From: Mariniblastus sp.
GTDB taxonomy: Bacteria > Planctomycetota > Planctomycetia > Pirellulales > Pirellulaceae
Direction of reading: 5' to 3'
NCBI GenBank assembly: GCA_029251085.1
Contig: JAQXDZ010000039.1
Location: 564-64,563 of the forward strand
DNA: 64,000 bases
Position 1 is the first letter of the stretch; each line of letters begins with the position of its first letter. Under the pieces are notes generated by a model. The model ran no database searches and was not told the DNA's origin. It was given only the letters and a program-made list of their open reading frames with translations. A program made the translations under genes and the position numbers. Below are positions 50,428 through 60,741 of this stretch, in pieces.

Positions 50428-51405
50428 ATGATGCCTCAATCCAAGCGTTCTTTAAAGACTGATCTCACTTCTCGAAAATCATGGTTAGCAACCTGTAGCG
50501 GTGCGCTGCGGATCGTTTTTTCGATCGTCTTTGTTTTGAATGCCGGGTCCGGCGAGGCTGTTGCTCAACAAACTGCCCCCAACAAATCCACCAATCTTCG
50601 CGTCATGAGTTTTAATATTCGAAACGGTCGGGCCAATGATGGTGACAACAGTTGGAAACATCGAAAAGAATTCGCTGCGGATATAATCCGAGATGCGAAG
50701 CTCGATGTTGTCGGCTTGCAGGAGGCTTTTCGATTCCAACTGGACGACCTTCGCAAACAACTGCCGGAGTTTGAAGAGGCTGGCGAAGGCAGGGACGGAG
50801 GAGAAAAAGGTGAATACTCCGCTATTCTTTTCCGAGGCGACCGATTTACCAAATTGGAATCCGGCACGTTTTGGTTATCCGACACACCCGAGGTCAAATC
50901 TCGACATTGGGGCAATCGCTATTTGCGTGTTTGCACTTGGGTTCGCCTAAAAGTTAACAAGACGTCTCAATGTTTTTATGTTTACAACACCCATTTTGAT
51001 CACCAATCTCAAAACGCCCGAATGAAGTCTTCGCAACTGATTGCCAAGCGGATTAGCACTAGGGAACACCAGGATCCCTTTCTGGTCACCGGTGATTTTA
51101 ACGCTGATGAAAGCAATCCAGTAATCCTGTACCTCAAAGGCAAATCAACACAATTACCGGCAAGCCCAATTCAAGTTGTCGACTCTTTTCGCAAACTGCA
51201 CCCAAATGAAAAGATGGTCGGCACCGGTGGTGGATTTGAGGGTCGTTCGGACGGTAAAAAAATAGATTACGTTTTTGTTCAGCCAAATGTTAACGTCATT
51301 CAGGCATCGATCATTCGGACCAACCGGGAGGGAAAATTCCCTTCTGACCACTCTCCAGTCATGGCAGAACTCAGGCTCTCGACAAATCAGCACAACGACC
51401 GATAA
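50428..51405 (+). CDS. Endonuclease/exonuclease/phosphatase (EEP) family protein, secreted
   Basis: 325-aa ORF with a signal-like N-terminus. EEP motifs are RVMSFNIRNG, VGLQEA, VTGDFNAD and PSDHSPVMA. Confidence 0.85.
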   Translation: MMPQSKRSLKTDLTSRKSWLATCSGALRIVFSIVFVLNAGSGEAVAQQTAPNKSTNLRVMSFNIRNGRANDGDNSWKHRKEFAADIIRDAKLDVVGLQEAFRFQLDDLRKQLPEFEEAGEGRDGGEKGEYSAILFRGDRFTKLESGTFWLSDTPEVKSRHWGNRYLRVCTWVRLKVNKTSQCFYVYNTHFDHQSQNARMKSSQLIAKRISTREHQDPFLVTGDFNADESNPVILYLKGKSTQLPASPIQVVDSFRKLHPNEKMVGTGGGFEGRSDGKKIDYVFVQPNVNVIQASIIRTNREGKFPSDHSPVMAELRLSTNQHNDR

Positions 51406-51521
51406 TGGCGAACGATGTCACCATTTAATGTGGCGGACATGGCAAACGGGTTAGATTCTAGTTCGTCGACTCGGCGAGATTAACCACAGCCAATCCAACT
51501 CGTAGTAAGCTCCTTACGTTT

Positions 51522-52478
51522 ATGAATTTCCTAGAAATACTAATTCACACCCTGCCTGTTTTTCTGATGGTCGGTGTCGGTTATTTAACGCGGCAACTCG
51601 GGGTCATTACTGAAGAAGCCGAAAAAAGCATCGTTCGCTTGGTGGTCAACGTCCTCTATCCCTGCTTTATTCTCACTAAAATACCTGGCAACGAAAGCCT
51701 GCAGCAGTTGTCTGTTGTTTTTATCGCGCTGACAGCCGGTTTTTTGCTGACGTTAACAGGCCTGTTTCTATCTCGCCTGGTTGGGGTCGGATTCAAAATT
51801 GAGAAAAAAGATGGGCTGAATACTTTTTCCGTTTCGACTGCGCTCCAAAATTACGGCTTCATTCCAATCCCGTTAATTGCAGGTCTTTTTCCAGACGTCG
51901 CGGACCAAACCTTAGGCGTGCTATTCGTACACAATCTAGGGCTTGAATTGGCAATGTGGACCGTTTGCATCGTCTTGTTGAGCGGAACTGCCAAAGGCGC
52001 CATGAAACGTTTAATTAATGGCCCAACCATTGCAATCATCGCCGGACTTTTGCTGAACTTCACTGACTTCCATCACTGGATTCCATCGGTTGCTCAAAAA
52101 GCTATCCTCGATCTCGGAAATTGCACGATCCCAATCAGTCTCGTTCTCGTGGGAGCGACTCTCGCGAGTGTAATTTCCAGTCATAAACTACAGCTGCAAC
52201 CAAAAGTAATTTTCGGATCCCTGTTGGTTCGATTCGCCATCATGCCCCTCGCGTTTATTGCCGTCGCCGCCTTGTTGACCGGTTCCCAAGAACTACAGCG
52301 TGTCTTGGTGGTTGAAGCTGCAATGCCAGCGGCAATTTTCCCAATCGTGTTGGCGAAGCACTACGGTGGCAAACCGAACGTAGCGGTTCAAGTCTGCTTA
52401 GCGACATCTTTGGTTAGCTTAGTTCTGACACCGGCGTGGTTACTTCTAGGATTACACCTGTTAGAGCTACAGCGTTAA
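51522..52478 (+). CDS. AEC (auxin efflux carrier) family transporter
   Basis: 318-aa polytopic membrane protein of about 10 hydrophobic segments. The N-terminus LPVFLMVGVGYLTRQLG is typical of the AEC family. Confidence 0.8.
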   Translation: MNFLEILIHTLPVFLMVGVGYLTRQLGVITEEAEKSIVRLVVNVLYPCFILTKIPGNESLQQLSVVFIALTAGFLLTLTGLFLSRLVGVGFKIEKKDGLNTFSVSTALQNYGFIPIPLIAGLFPDVADQTLGVLFVHNLGLELAMWTVCIVLLSGTAKGAMKRLINGPTIAIIAGLLLNFTDFHHWIPSVAQKAILDLGNCTIPISLVLVGATLASVISSHKLQLQPKVIFGSLLVRFAIMPLAFIAVAALLTGSQELQRVLVVEAAMPAAIFPIVLAKHYGGKPNVAVQVCLATSLVSLVLTPAWLLLGLHLLELQR

Positions 52479-52671
52479 TCAAGCATTTTCATTGGTGCAA
52501 GCTTGCCTAGTCAAGCGAATTTCGCGATCCGAACCAACTCGCCCTCGCGAAATTTCACCCCGTGCTCAGGCTCAAAGTACAAACGGTACTCAACAGGTAA
52601 TTAAAGATGGAACCCGGGCCAATCGATCGGAGCCGGACCATGCTAAAACAAGGAATTTTTAATTGGCTTAG

Positions 52672-52715
52672 GTCGGAATATTTGACAATCACACTGCCAC
52701 CTGCGATATTCCGAC
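52672..52715. promoter_or_regulatory. Consensus-like promoter embedded in a perfect 10-bp inverted repeat
   Basis: GTCGGAATAT (52672-52681) and ATATTCCGAC (52706-52715) are exact reverse complements. Between them lie TTGACA (52682-52687), a 17-nt spacer and GATATT (52705-52710). The element lies 47 nt upstream of the ATG at 52762. Confidence 0.45.
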
Positions 52716-52761
52716 AGTTCAACTAAAAAATCTCTACTTTAAACGTTTCGAAGACAAGCCA

Positions 52762-53220
52762 ATGTCCCAAAATCCTTACCAATCGCAACCAAGTACTCCC
52801 GGACGAATGCCACCTCAAGGGGGTGGAGCCTCCGCATCTAACAAAGTAAAAGGACCTGCCTTGGGAATGCTAATTTCCACAATTATCGGCGTTCTTCTGG
52901 CACTCCTCGGTCTTGCATTGAACATTTTGGGATTAGGTTTGATGGCGGCGGCGGACCAACCCGCCCCCGCCGAGTTTGCTTCCTTAATGGGTCAAGGTAT
53001 TTTTGGAATCGCCCAAGGCCTAATAGGACTCATTGGTGGTGGCGTGATTATCTTTGGATGCCTCAAGATGATGAAACTTCAGTCCTACGGCTTCGCTTTT
53101 ACAACCGCCATTCTTGCGATGATTCCCTGTATTTCACCCTGCTGTTTATTGGGAATTCCGTTTGGAATCTGGGGATTAGTCGTACTAAACGACCCACATG
53201 TCAAAAGTTCTTTTAGGTAG
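52762..53220 (+). CDS. Hypothetical small membrane protein (Pro/Gln/Gly-rich N-terminus, about 4 TM segments)
   Basis: 152-aa ORF starting at ATG. The hydrophobic segments are Gly/Leu/Ile-rich. I recognise no family. Confidence 0.65.
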   Translation: MSQNPYQSQPSTPGRMPPQGGGASASNKVKGPALGMLISTIIGVLLALLGLALNILGLGLMAAADQPAPAEFASLMGQGIFGIAQGLIGLIGGGVIIFGCLKMMKLQSYGFAFTTAILAMIPCISPCCLLGIPFGIWGLVVLNDPHVKSSFR

Positions 53221-53442
53221 TTGAATCGCCAGCTCGTCAACCGCATCCGACGGAAGATCGGCTCGGCCTCTACGGCTCGTTGAGATGGTTTTATAACAAT
53301 TTAGATTAAGCACGACTGAAACCAAGTTGTGCTCAACAATCGATTCACGACTGCAAGAAATCAGGAAGTCGAAAAAGCGTCAATTGAGATCCGCAATGAA
53401 TTGCACCGCCGCTGTGACGCCGGAAAAACGAAATTCTAAGAC

Positions 53443-54660
53443 CTAATTCGCGACACGATTTGTATCGATCAATTCCTTGAACTGGCCAAACAGATACTGG
53501 CTGTCATGCGGACCTGCCGACGCTTCCGGGTGATACTGCACACTGAAAGCAGGATGGACGCTGTGCTTTAAACCAGCGATCGTATTGTCATTCAAATTTA
53601 AATGAGTCACTTCCAAGTCAGCAGGGAAGTCATCTTTAGAGACAACGAATCCGTGATTTTGAGAGGTGATTTCAACCTTACCCGTTTTCTCATCAATGAC
53701 TGGCTGGTTGGCACCACGATGCCCGAATTTCATTTTCACCGTCTTCGCACCACATGCGAGTGCGAACAACTGATGACCAAGACAAATCCCAAAAAGCGGC
53801 GTCTTGCCAATCAAATTAGCGATCGTATCGATGGCGTATTGAAGCGGCTCCGGATCACCCGGCCCGTTGGATAGAAAAATTCCATCTGGATTCAGTGCCA
53901 TCACTTCGTCCGCGGTCGCAGTTCCCGGAAGAACGGTCACGCGACATCCCTGATTAAATAAATGCCGAGCGATGTTCCACTTCATTCCGAAATCAAGCGC
54001 CACGACATGAGGAGCATCTGCATCAGGAGCCTGGGGCGCTGGCGCGTTTGTTCTCGTATCCCACCATTTGCTCAAATGTGTTTCCCAGTTAACCGGTTGA
54101 TCAGGAAGAACTTCGCTTACCAAATCCCTTCCAACCAGGCCAAGGCTCGATTTGGCCATTTCAATCAGCCTACTGTTATCGAGCTCCACGGATGAAATCA
54201 CTCCTTTGAGTGCACCCGCACTTCGAATTTTCCGGACAAGCGCCCGCGTATCGATATCAGAAATCCCGACAATTCCGTGCTTTTCCAGATAATCCTGGAG
54301 GCTGGATGAAGAGCGAAAGTTACTTGCCACTCGACTGACATTCCGCACAATGAAGCCCGATAAATGGGGACATCGGCTCTCGACATCCTCTTCATTAATC
54401 CCGTAATTACCCATCTCTGGGTAGGTCATAGTAATGATTTGGCCACGATAGCTGGGATCAGTCAATATTTCCTGATATCCCGTCATCGAGGTATTGAAAA
54501 CGACTTCCCCATCACAGGTCCCCGTCGCTCCAAATGCAAAACCTTCGAAGACAGTTCCGTCTTCTAAAGCTAACTTGGCTGGTTTTCGATCAGAAAATGG
54601 GTAATTGGTTGATTTAGGCGTGTCCAATACGTCTTCCTTTGACGATCCGTCCGAGATCAT
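53443..54660 (-). CDS. carA: Carbamoyl-phosphate synthase small (glutaminase) subunit
   Basis: 405-aa ORF. Motifs are AKLALEDGTVFEGFAFGA, TYPEMGNYGIN, the GATase catalytic motif GICLGHQL, then HRGANQPV and QYHPEA. Confidence 0.95.
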   Translation of the reverse strand: MISDGSSKEDVLDTPKSTNYPFSDRKPAKLALEDGTVFEGFAFGATGTCDGEVVFNTSMTGYQEILTDPSYRGQIITMTYPEMGNYGINEEDVESRCPHLSGFIVRNVSRVASNFRSSSSLQDYLEKHGIVGISDIDTRALVRKIRSAGALKGVISSVELDNSRLIEMAKSSLGLVGRDLVSEVLPDQPVNWETHLSKWWDTRTNAPAPQAPDADAPHVVALDFGMKWNIARHLFNQGCRVTVLPGTATADEVMALNPDGIFLSNGPGDPEPLQYAIDTIANLIGKTPLFGICLGHQLFALACGAKTVKMKFGHRGANQPVIDEKTGKVEITSQNHGFVVSKDDFPADLEVTHLNLNDNTIAGLKHSVHPAFSVQYHPEASAGPHDSQYLFGQFKELIDTNRVAN

Positions 54661-54860
54661 TCAACGCTCCAACATTGATTGATGAGTTTAAACAGGAATT
54701 TAATCCGAGATACCTATAATTTAGCGATAGACTTTTCCAGTTGTAGCGGATTAAGCATCCATTTTACTTTTTTCTTAAAAATCGTTGCTCGATTGTCGAT
54801 GAGTTTAATGGCTGTGGGTCTCCGATAGGGATTTATTCCATAATCGGACAGCCAATTTTA

Positions 54861-54903
54861 GAAGGGTTTCAGTAGCGGCGAGCTGAAACCCTTCGTTTTT
54901 TTT
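54861..54903 (+). terminator. Orphan plus-strand intrinsic terminator in the carA-MFS spacer
   Basis: GAAGGGTTTCAG (54861-54872) and CTGAAACCCTTC (54883-54894) form a perfect 12-bp stem with a 10-nt loop, followed by G and then TTTTTTTT (54896-54903). No plus-strand ORF of 60 aa or more lies between 53221 and this site. Confidence 0.6.
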
Positions 54904-55502
54904 GCGCTGATTTACGCTTTTGGTTTTTTCTAAACCTAAAAACCTCGCAACTTTGGTGGCCTAACCAATAGCTTTTCGACCAACTGAGTAGCGTTCGCTC
55001 AGATCGTAAGAAAATCACACTCTAGGGCTTCGTTTTCCTCGACAGGCTTTACCATTTCGACATCCTTAGTTCTGGATTCGCTCGGGGCAAGCTAAAAAAG
55101 GGCTCCGGCTGCTTACCGCTCGGGACTTCAAACTTGGCGACACCTCGCCCAGATACAAGCTCGCTTGAGGTGCTTGCCGGACTCGCCATAGACGGGCTTC
55201 TGATAATTTAGCCGGTTCAAAGTCGAGCCAAACAGTCTGATGATGGTCGTTCAAACAGCCGGCAGGCTTAATTACCCGCAGATTGATACCTTCGGACGGT
55301 TCAGAGTCCGCTTTCGCACTCGAGGTACCGAAACCAACGTAAGTCGTTGGGAATTGTACTGAGGTAGCCCGGGGAACTTCGCTTCTGACTGTTTCTCACT
55401 CCAACACCTCTGATAGCCGTCGTGTCGTCTATTCCTTAAGATGCCGTCACTACGAAAACGTCTTTCTGCACCGGCAAGTCAAATATTTAAGGATCAAAAC
55501 TG

Positions 55503-56729
55503 ATGGGCTTGATTTATGTGCTCGTGTTTTTGGGTTTCTTCGCTGGCGCGTTGGTCTCTCCTGTCCTCTCACCAATGTTCCTCCACCCTCAAGATCACGG
55601 AGTCCTTTCTGCGGATACTTCTCCGGCAACGCGAGCATTTTTGCTCGGTGTCGCCATGGCCGTTTTCCGAGTTGGCGAATTTTTTGGCTCGCCTATTCTC
55701 GGACAATTGTCAGATAAATTTGGTCGAAAATTGGTGCTCGCCGCTGCAATGGGGATCACGGCAATCGGAAACCTCGCGATTGCTTGGTCGATTTCGGTTG
55801 ACCAGTTCTGGATCATCGTGGCTGGGCAGTTTTTTCTTGGTTTTGTCGGCGTTCTACTCGTCTTAGCCCAAGCCGAGGTCGCCCACTTTTCAACGGGGCC
55901 GGAAAAATCCCGTCGATTTGGGTTAATTTACATGGCCAGCAGCCTCGCCTATGTCTTTGCACCGGTCATCGGCGGCCATCTCGCGGATCAGAATTACTTT
56001 TCCTGGGCCTCTTATTCACTGCCATTTTATGTCGCCGCAGTGGTTTGCCTACTTTGCACCGGATTGATTCTTTGGCGTTTCCCAAATTCTGCGCCCTCAA
56101 AAGCTGAATCAGACGGTGTCCATTTAACTCGCGGGTTTCTTGAAATGGGAGAGGCGTTTAAGTTAGCACCGTTTCGAGCGTTGCTGATCGTCAATTTCTT
56201 TTTGTATCTCGGAATTGATTTTGTTTTTCAATTCAATCCCGTCTACTTTGTTCAAAAATGGGAATTCACCTCTTCGCACGTCGGTTGGCTGCTTTCCTAT
56301 ACCAGCGTTTCCATGGTGATGACCCAGTGGTTACTTGTGAAACCAGTAGGTAAAGGCAGAACGCCACGAGCTATAACGGCGATTTGTGCCGTTGCTCTGT
56401 CCGGTTTACTGATTCTCGAAATCCTGCCCAACCAATGGTGGTGGCTGTGCTTGATTTTGCCCTGCGTTGGAGCGGCGATGGCCCTCGCAACCACCAACAT
56501 GTCGGCCTTGCTCTCCGATACCGCACCTGCCGATGCTCAAGGCCGTATGCTTGGGGTCTCTCATTCAGTGCGCGTTCTCGGATCTGCCCTGCTCTGCTTC
56601 TGCGGAGGCATCTTAGCCGGACTCTCTCCGCAATATCCGATTCTCGTTGGAGCCGTCGCCTCAATCATTGCGGCAGCACTGTTGTGGTTCTATCGGCCAA
56701 AATCGACCTCGCAATCTCAATCGGCCTGA
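55503..56729 (+). CDS. MFS transporter
   Basis: 408-aa ORF with about 12 hydrophobic segments. The MFS loop 2-3 motif is GQLSDKFGRK. Confidence 0.88.
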   Translation: MGLIYVLVFLGFFAGALVSPVLSPMFLHPQDHGVLSADTSPATRAFLLGVAMAVFRVGEFFGSPILGQLSDKFGRKLVLAAAMGITAIGNLAIAWSISVDQFWIIVAGQFFLGFVGVLLVLAQAEVAHFSTGPEKSRRFGLIYMASSLAYVFAPVIGGHLADQNYFSWASYSLPFYVAAVVCLLCTGLILWRFPNSAPSKAESDGVHLTRGFLEMGEAFKLAPFRALLIVNFFLYLGIDFVFQFNPVYFVQKWEFTSSHVGWLLSYTSVSMVMTQWLLVKPVGKGRTPRAITAICAVALSGLLILEILPNQWWWLCLILPCVGAAMALATTNMSALLSDTAPADAQGRMLGVSHSVRVLGSALLCFCGGILAGLSPQYPILVGAVASIIAAALLWFYRPKSTSQSQSA

Positions 56730-56787
56730 GTTTAAAAAAACGAACAGGGAATCCTGGACTTTGTTTTGTTTCGATCTGAGATGGAAC

Positions 56788-57390
56788 CTAGCGAAGATTG
56801 CGGACGACGCCAATGACGACACCAATGACTTTGACATCACGCGAGTAGATCGGTTTCATCGTTTTGTTGGCAGGCTGCAAGCGAACCCGATTCTTTTCGG
56901 GAAACCAGTACTTGAGCGTTGCATCGCCCTCGGACGTGCGTGCGACGACGATATCACCTTTATTTGCCGTCTGCCGACGTTTCACAATCACATAGTCTCC
57001 CGGAGCAATCTGAGCATCGATCATTGAATCGCCCTCAACTTCGAGGACATACGTTCCCTTCTTCGGCCACATTGATCCGACATCAATCCGCTCTGTTTGC
57101 TCCACAGCTTCCATCAATGAACCCGCGGCGACCCGACCGGCAAGCGGCAATCCCTTCAACTCTTCGTTGACTTCGTCCGTCAACACGATGGAGCGCGATT
57201 GATTGTTCGTTCGATTGATCAAACCCTTTTTCTGAAGAGCCGTGAGGTGGCAGATGACACCGTTAGGAGATCGGAACCCCATTTCTTCGGCAATATCTCG
57301 GATCGTTGGCCCGTAACCACGCTCCTCGATACAGTTTCGTATGTAATCAAAAATGGTTTGCTGACGCTTCGTTAACTTCTCTTGCAACAT
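56788..57390 (-). CDS. lexA: LexA repressor
   Basis: Track ORF 56788..57636. The ATG at 57390 gives MLQEKLTKRQQTIFDYIRNCIEERGYGPTIRDIAEEMGFRSPNGVICHLTALQKKGLI, a winged HTH. The S24 catalytic motifs are VEGDSMIDA and the downstream Lys in GDIVVARTSEGDATLKYW. Confidence 0.93.
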   Translation of the reverse strand: MLQEKLTKRQQTIFDYIRNCIEERGYGPTIRDIAEEMGFRSPNGVICHLTALQKKGLINRTNNQSRSIVLTDEVNEELKGLPLAGRVAAGSLMEAVEQTERIDVGSMWPKKGTYVLEVEGDSMIDAQIAPGDYVIVKRRQTANKGDIVVARTSEGDATLKYWFPEKNRVRLQPANKTMKPIYSRDVKVIGVVIGVVRNLR

Positions 57391-58003
57391 TTCCTGCTCC
57401 TTGAATGATCGCCAAATTTTATACATTTGTTCACTACAATGCAATCTCGGAATATTACCCCTCTTAAAACAGATCCCGACCCGAAAACCAGTCTCTTTAT
57501 TTAAAGTCGACTGCCCTGCCCTTGATTTACCGAACCCCGTTGAAAACCGAATAACCGTCAAATCAAGGAAACGACCGCCGATATTGGAAAAACGCCATTG
57601 CTCAGTAACGAAATGCACGTTTTCGCAACCACCCAAAACCTGCTAATGCCCCTATTTTAAAACCGATAACAGGCCGTCAGCGTGCGGAAAGATGACCCAC
57701 GCTAAAACCCGCCTTTGGCAGAAAACGCTCCATCATTGCCGTTTAAACGATCAATGGAATTCACTCTTCGCCAGGAGGCCGATATGGGGCCTTACGATGT
57801 GGCGATATTTCCGTTTGGGATTTACCAAATCGTTCTTCACTATCAAAATTTAAAGGCAAATTGAGCGATTCTGCGATTGCGGTTTTTCGTAATTTCAATA
57901 CCATTTTGTTCTTACTGTTGATTATCGCGAAAAAGCCACGAGTTCCTGTTAACTTCAAGTGCAGTAAATGGTTCTTGTAGTAGGTATTTTTACGGGAAAA
58001 CCC

Positions 58004-58019
58004 TGTGAAAAATTTCACG
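58004..58019. promoter_or_regulatory. CRP/FNR-family-type site (TGTGA-N6-TCACG) upstream of nqrA
   Basis: TGTGAAAAATTTCACG matches TGTGA-N6-TCACA at 9 of 10 positions, and its core GTGAAAAATTTCAC is a 6-2-6 palindrome. A CATAAT hexamer lies at 58024-58029. The nqrA ATG is at 58098. Confidence 0.4.
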
Positions 58020-58097
58020 ATGTCATAATTCTCGCGGCAACCTAATTTTGCAGGTTTTAAATCACCTGCAGTGACTTCACGCGTGCAAAGCAAAATA

Positions 58098-59441
58098 ATG
58101 GTTTATCAAATCAAAAACGGATTGGATCTTCCAATTGAGGGAAAGCCAGTCCAAGACATTGGCGGTAGTGCAGACGTTAAATCGGTTGGAATTATTGCTG
58201 ACGACTACGTCGGGATGAGACCAACGATGCTGGTGTCTGTTGGAGATCGAGTGAAACTTGGGCAACCAGTTTTCGCCGACAAGAAAACACCAGGGGTTAT
58301 TTTCACCTCCCCTGGGTGTGGCACCGTCAAGGCGATCAATCGTGGTGCGAAAAGGAAATTCGAGTCGATCGAAATCGACCTCGACGGCGACGATCAGGAG
58401 ATTTTTGAAAGCTTTCAAGATCTTCAATCTATCCCCAAAGAGGCAATCGAGAAACAATTAGTCGACTCTGGGATGTGGCAGTCGTTCCGGACACGGCCGT
58501 TCAGTCGGACACCTGCATTGGGCAGCGAAGCTCATTCGATTTTCGTGACAGCGACTGACACGAATCCACTTTCGGCTGAACCCGAACTGGTCATTGCAGA
58601 CAACGCCGAATTATTCGTGAGTGGTTTGACGATCATCAACCAACTCACCCTTGGAAAAACCTACGTTTGCACCCGCGACGATTCGCGGGTTCCCGGCAGT
58701 GAAATACCGGACGTTGAATTTAAACAATTCAAAGGCCCCCATCCTGCGGGATTGGCTGGTACCCACATTCATTTGGTGGATCCAGTTAGCGAAAACAAAA
58801 CTGTTTGGCAAATCGGTTATCAAGATGTGATCGCAATTGGCCACCTGTTTACAACCGGGCAATTGATGACTGAGAGAGTCGTCGCCATTGGTGGACCGCG
58901 AACTTCCTCACCGGGCTTGTACAAAGTCAGACTCGGTGCGTGTCTTGACGATTGCATCTCGGCCTCAACGCCTGAACTTGACAACTCTCGTGTTGTTTCC
59001 GGTTCGGTCTTATCGGGTCGGGCATCAGAGCCAACGAAGAACTATTTGGGCCGGTTCCATAATCAGATTTCAATCCTCGAAGAGGGTAACCACCGGGAGT
59101 TCCTCGGCTGGCAGAAACCTGGTTTTGACAAGTTTTCGGTCACCAATATTTACGGTGGTTCCTGGTTAAAAGGCAAGCTGTTTCCGTTCACCACGAGTAC
59201 CGGCGGCAGCAAACGCGCGATGGTACCTGTAGGTGCCTACGAACGGGTGATGCCGTTGGACATTTTACCCACCCAGTTGCTCCGAGCTTTGCTAAGCGGA
59301 GACACAGAAGAATCACAACAGTTGGGATGTTTAGAGTTGGACGAAGAAGACTTAGCACTTTGCACCTTCGTTTGCCCTGGCAAGTATGAATATGGTTCTG
59401 TTTTGCGTGAGAACCTGACCCTTATCGAGAAAGAGGGATAG
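58098..59441 (+). CDS. nqrA: Na+-translocating NADH:quinone oxidoreductase subunit A
   Basis: Track ORF 58071..59441. The ATG at 58098 gives [17 protein letters not shown], a typical NqrA start. It is the first gene of a collinear nqrABCDEF string. Confidence 0.93.
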   Translation: MVYQIKNGLDLPIEGKPVQDIGGSADVKSVGIIADDYVGMRPTMLVSVGDRVKLGQPVFADKKTPGVIFTSPGCGTVKAINRGAKRKFESIEIDLDGDDQEIFESFQDLQSIPKEAIEKQLVDSGMWQSFRTRPFSRTPALGSEAHSIFVTATDTNPLSAEPELVIADNAELFVSGLTIINQLTLGKTYVCTRDDSRVPGSEIPDVEFKQFKGPHPAGLAGTHIHLVDPVSENKTVWQIGYQDVIAIGHLFTTGQLMTERVVAIGGPRTSSPGLYKVRLGACLDDCISASTPELDNSRVVSGSVLSGRASEPTKNYLGRFHNQISILEEGNHREFLGWQKPGFDKFSVTNIYGGSWLKGKLFPFTTSTGGSKRAMVPVGAYERVMPLDILPTQLLRALLSGDTEESQQLGCLELDEEDLALCTFVCPGKYEYGSVLRENLTLIEKEG

Positions 59442-59448
59442 ACGCACG

Positions 59449-60741
59449 ATGTTGAGAAAATTATTAGACAAGGTCGAACCACTGTTTCACAAAGGTGGGA
59501 AGCTGGAAAAGCTTTACCCGCTTTATGAAGCGAACGACACTTTCCTCTACACTCCAGGGGAAGTTACCCACGGACAAACTCAGGTTCGGGACGCCATCGA
59601 TTTGAAGAGGATGATGACAATGGTCATCGTCGCTTTGATCCCCTGTATTTTCATGGCGATGTACAATACCGGATACCAGGCTCAACTTTTAATCTCCGAA
59701 GGCCAGGTAGTTCCAACCAGCGCGACACTGTTCGATGCCATCTGGAGCGGCAACTGGCGTTTCGATGTCCTCCAGTGGTTTGGAATTCTAGATTCGAACA
59801 ACATGTGCAGTTCGCCCGGGTCGTTTTTAAGCTTCGGCAGCCTGCTTGGTTGCACGCTTCATGGTGCTCTGTACTTTCTACCTGTCTACATCGTCTGCAT
59901 GGCGGTTGGCGGTAACTGCGAAGTGATCTTCAGCGTTATCAGAAAACATGAGATTAACGAAGGATTCTTGGTCACAGGAATGCTTTTCCCACTCACACTC
60001 CCTCCAACAATTCCACTCTGGCAAGTTGCTGTCGGCATTGCGTTTGGTGTGATCGTGGGTAAAGAAATTTTCGGCGGAACTGGCCGAAACTTTTTAAACC
60101 CTGCACTGACGGGACGGGCGTTCTTGTACTTCGCGTATCCGCTGAAGATCAGTGGCGACTCAGTCTGGACTGCCGTTGATGGCTATTCCGGCGCAACTGT
60201 TCTTGGCGAAGTCGCATTGCCTGGTGCCGCCGCGATCGGAACAACCGTCGCCACCATGAACTCTTCGTGGTTTGACTTCTTCATCGGCAACATTCACGGC
60301 TCGATGGGCGAAACGTCAACACTGGCCTGTCTCATCGGAGCGGCCTTCCTGATATTCACCAAGATTGGCTCATGGCGAATCATGTCGGGCGTAGTGCTTG
60401 GAATGAGTGCATTCTCATTTTTACTTTACCTACTTCCCACCACAGAATCGTGGGGCGAAGTTTCTAATATCTTGCCGTGGTGGCACATGGTTATTGGCGG
60501 ATTCGCTTTCGGCACCGTCTTTATGTCAACCGATCCGGTCTCCGCATCAATGACACGCCAGGGTAAATGGGTCTACGGAGCTTTGATTGGCTTCATGACC
60601 GTCCTCGTCAGATCGATCAACCCTGCCTTCCCTGAGGGAATCATGCTGGCAATTTTATTCGCCAACGTCTTTGCACCGTTCATTGACTGGTGCGTTGTCC
60701 AAGCAAACATCAAGAGGAGGGCAGCCCGTTATGCCGCTTAA
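59449..60741 (+). CDS. nqrB: Na+-NQR subunit B
   Basis: 430-aa polytopic ORF. The N-terminal sequence [22 protein letters not shown] is typical of NqrB. Confidence 0.93.
   Translation: MLRKLLDKVEPLFHKGGKLEKLYPLYEANDTFLYTPGEVTHGQTQVRDAIDLKRMMTMVIVALIPCIFMAMYNTGYQAQLLISEGQVVPTSATLFDAIWSGNWRFDVLQWFGILDSNNMCSSPGSFLSFGSLLGCTLHGALYFLPVYIVCMAVGGNCEVIFSVIRKHEINEGFLVTGMLFPLTLPPTIPLWQVAVGIAFGVIVGKEIFGGTGRNFLNPALTGRAFLYFAYPLKISGDSVWTAVDGYSGATVLGEVALPGAAAIGTTVATMNSSWFDFFIGNIHGSMGETSTLACLIGAAFLIFTKIGSWRIMSGVVLGMSAFSFLLYLLPTTESWGEVSNILPWWHMVIGGFAFGTVFMSTDPVSASMTRQGKWVYGALIGFMTVLVRSINPAFPEGIMLAILFANVFAPFIDWCVVQANIKRRAARYAA

Noticed and set aside
55066-55254. 62-aa minus-strand ORF (open frame extends to about 105 codons upstream without an ATG).
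   Set aside because: It has only a TTG start and no recognisable family or signal sequence. It is kept as part of the gap finding, not as a CDS.
54904-55502. Tested the region on both strands for tmRNA, RNase P RNA and SRP RNA.
   Set aside because: TTCTGGATTCG resembles the tmRNA 5' region, but there is no tRNA-like 3' end (GGTTCGA...CCACCA) and no tag ORF. GAAGTTCCCCGGGCT only loosely resembles the RNase P GGAAAGUCCGGGC core. GGTAAGCAGCC resembles the SRP GGAAGCAGCC motif, but the flanks fold into several short hairpins rather than one long helix.
57421-57441. Candidate SOS box upstream of lexA (ACATTTGTTCACTACAATGCA).
   Set aside because: Only an imperfect palindrome (CATTTGT/ACAATG) and a single TGTTC half-site are present. 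This does not match the CTGT-N8-ACAG, GAAC-N4-GTTC or GTTC-N7-GTTC classes well enough to call.
57401-57646. Long N-terminal extension of the lexA ORF (to 57636) and plus-strand ORF 57401..57646.
   Set aside because: The LexA winged-helix domain begins at the ATG at 57390. The extension is not conserved-looking, and the plus ORF is its shadow.
57761-58093. 110-aa minus-strand ORF in the lexA-nqrA spacer.
   Set aside because: It has a TTG start that overlaps the nqrA start region. Its Lys/Arg-rich composition is not protein-like, and it covers the putative nqr promoter and CRP-type site.
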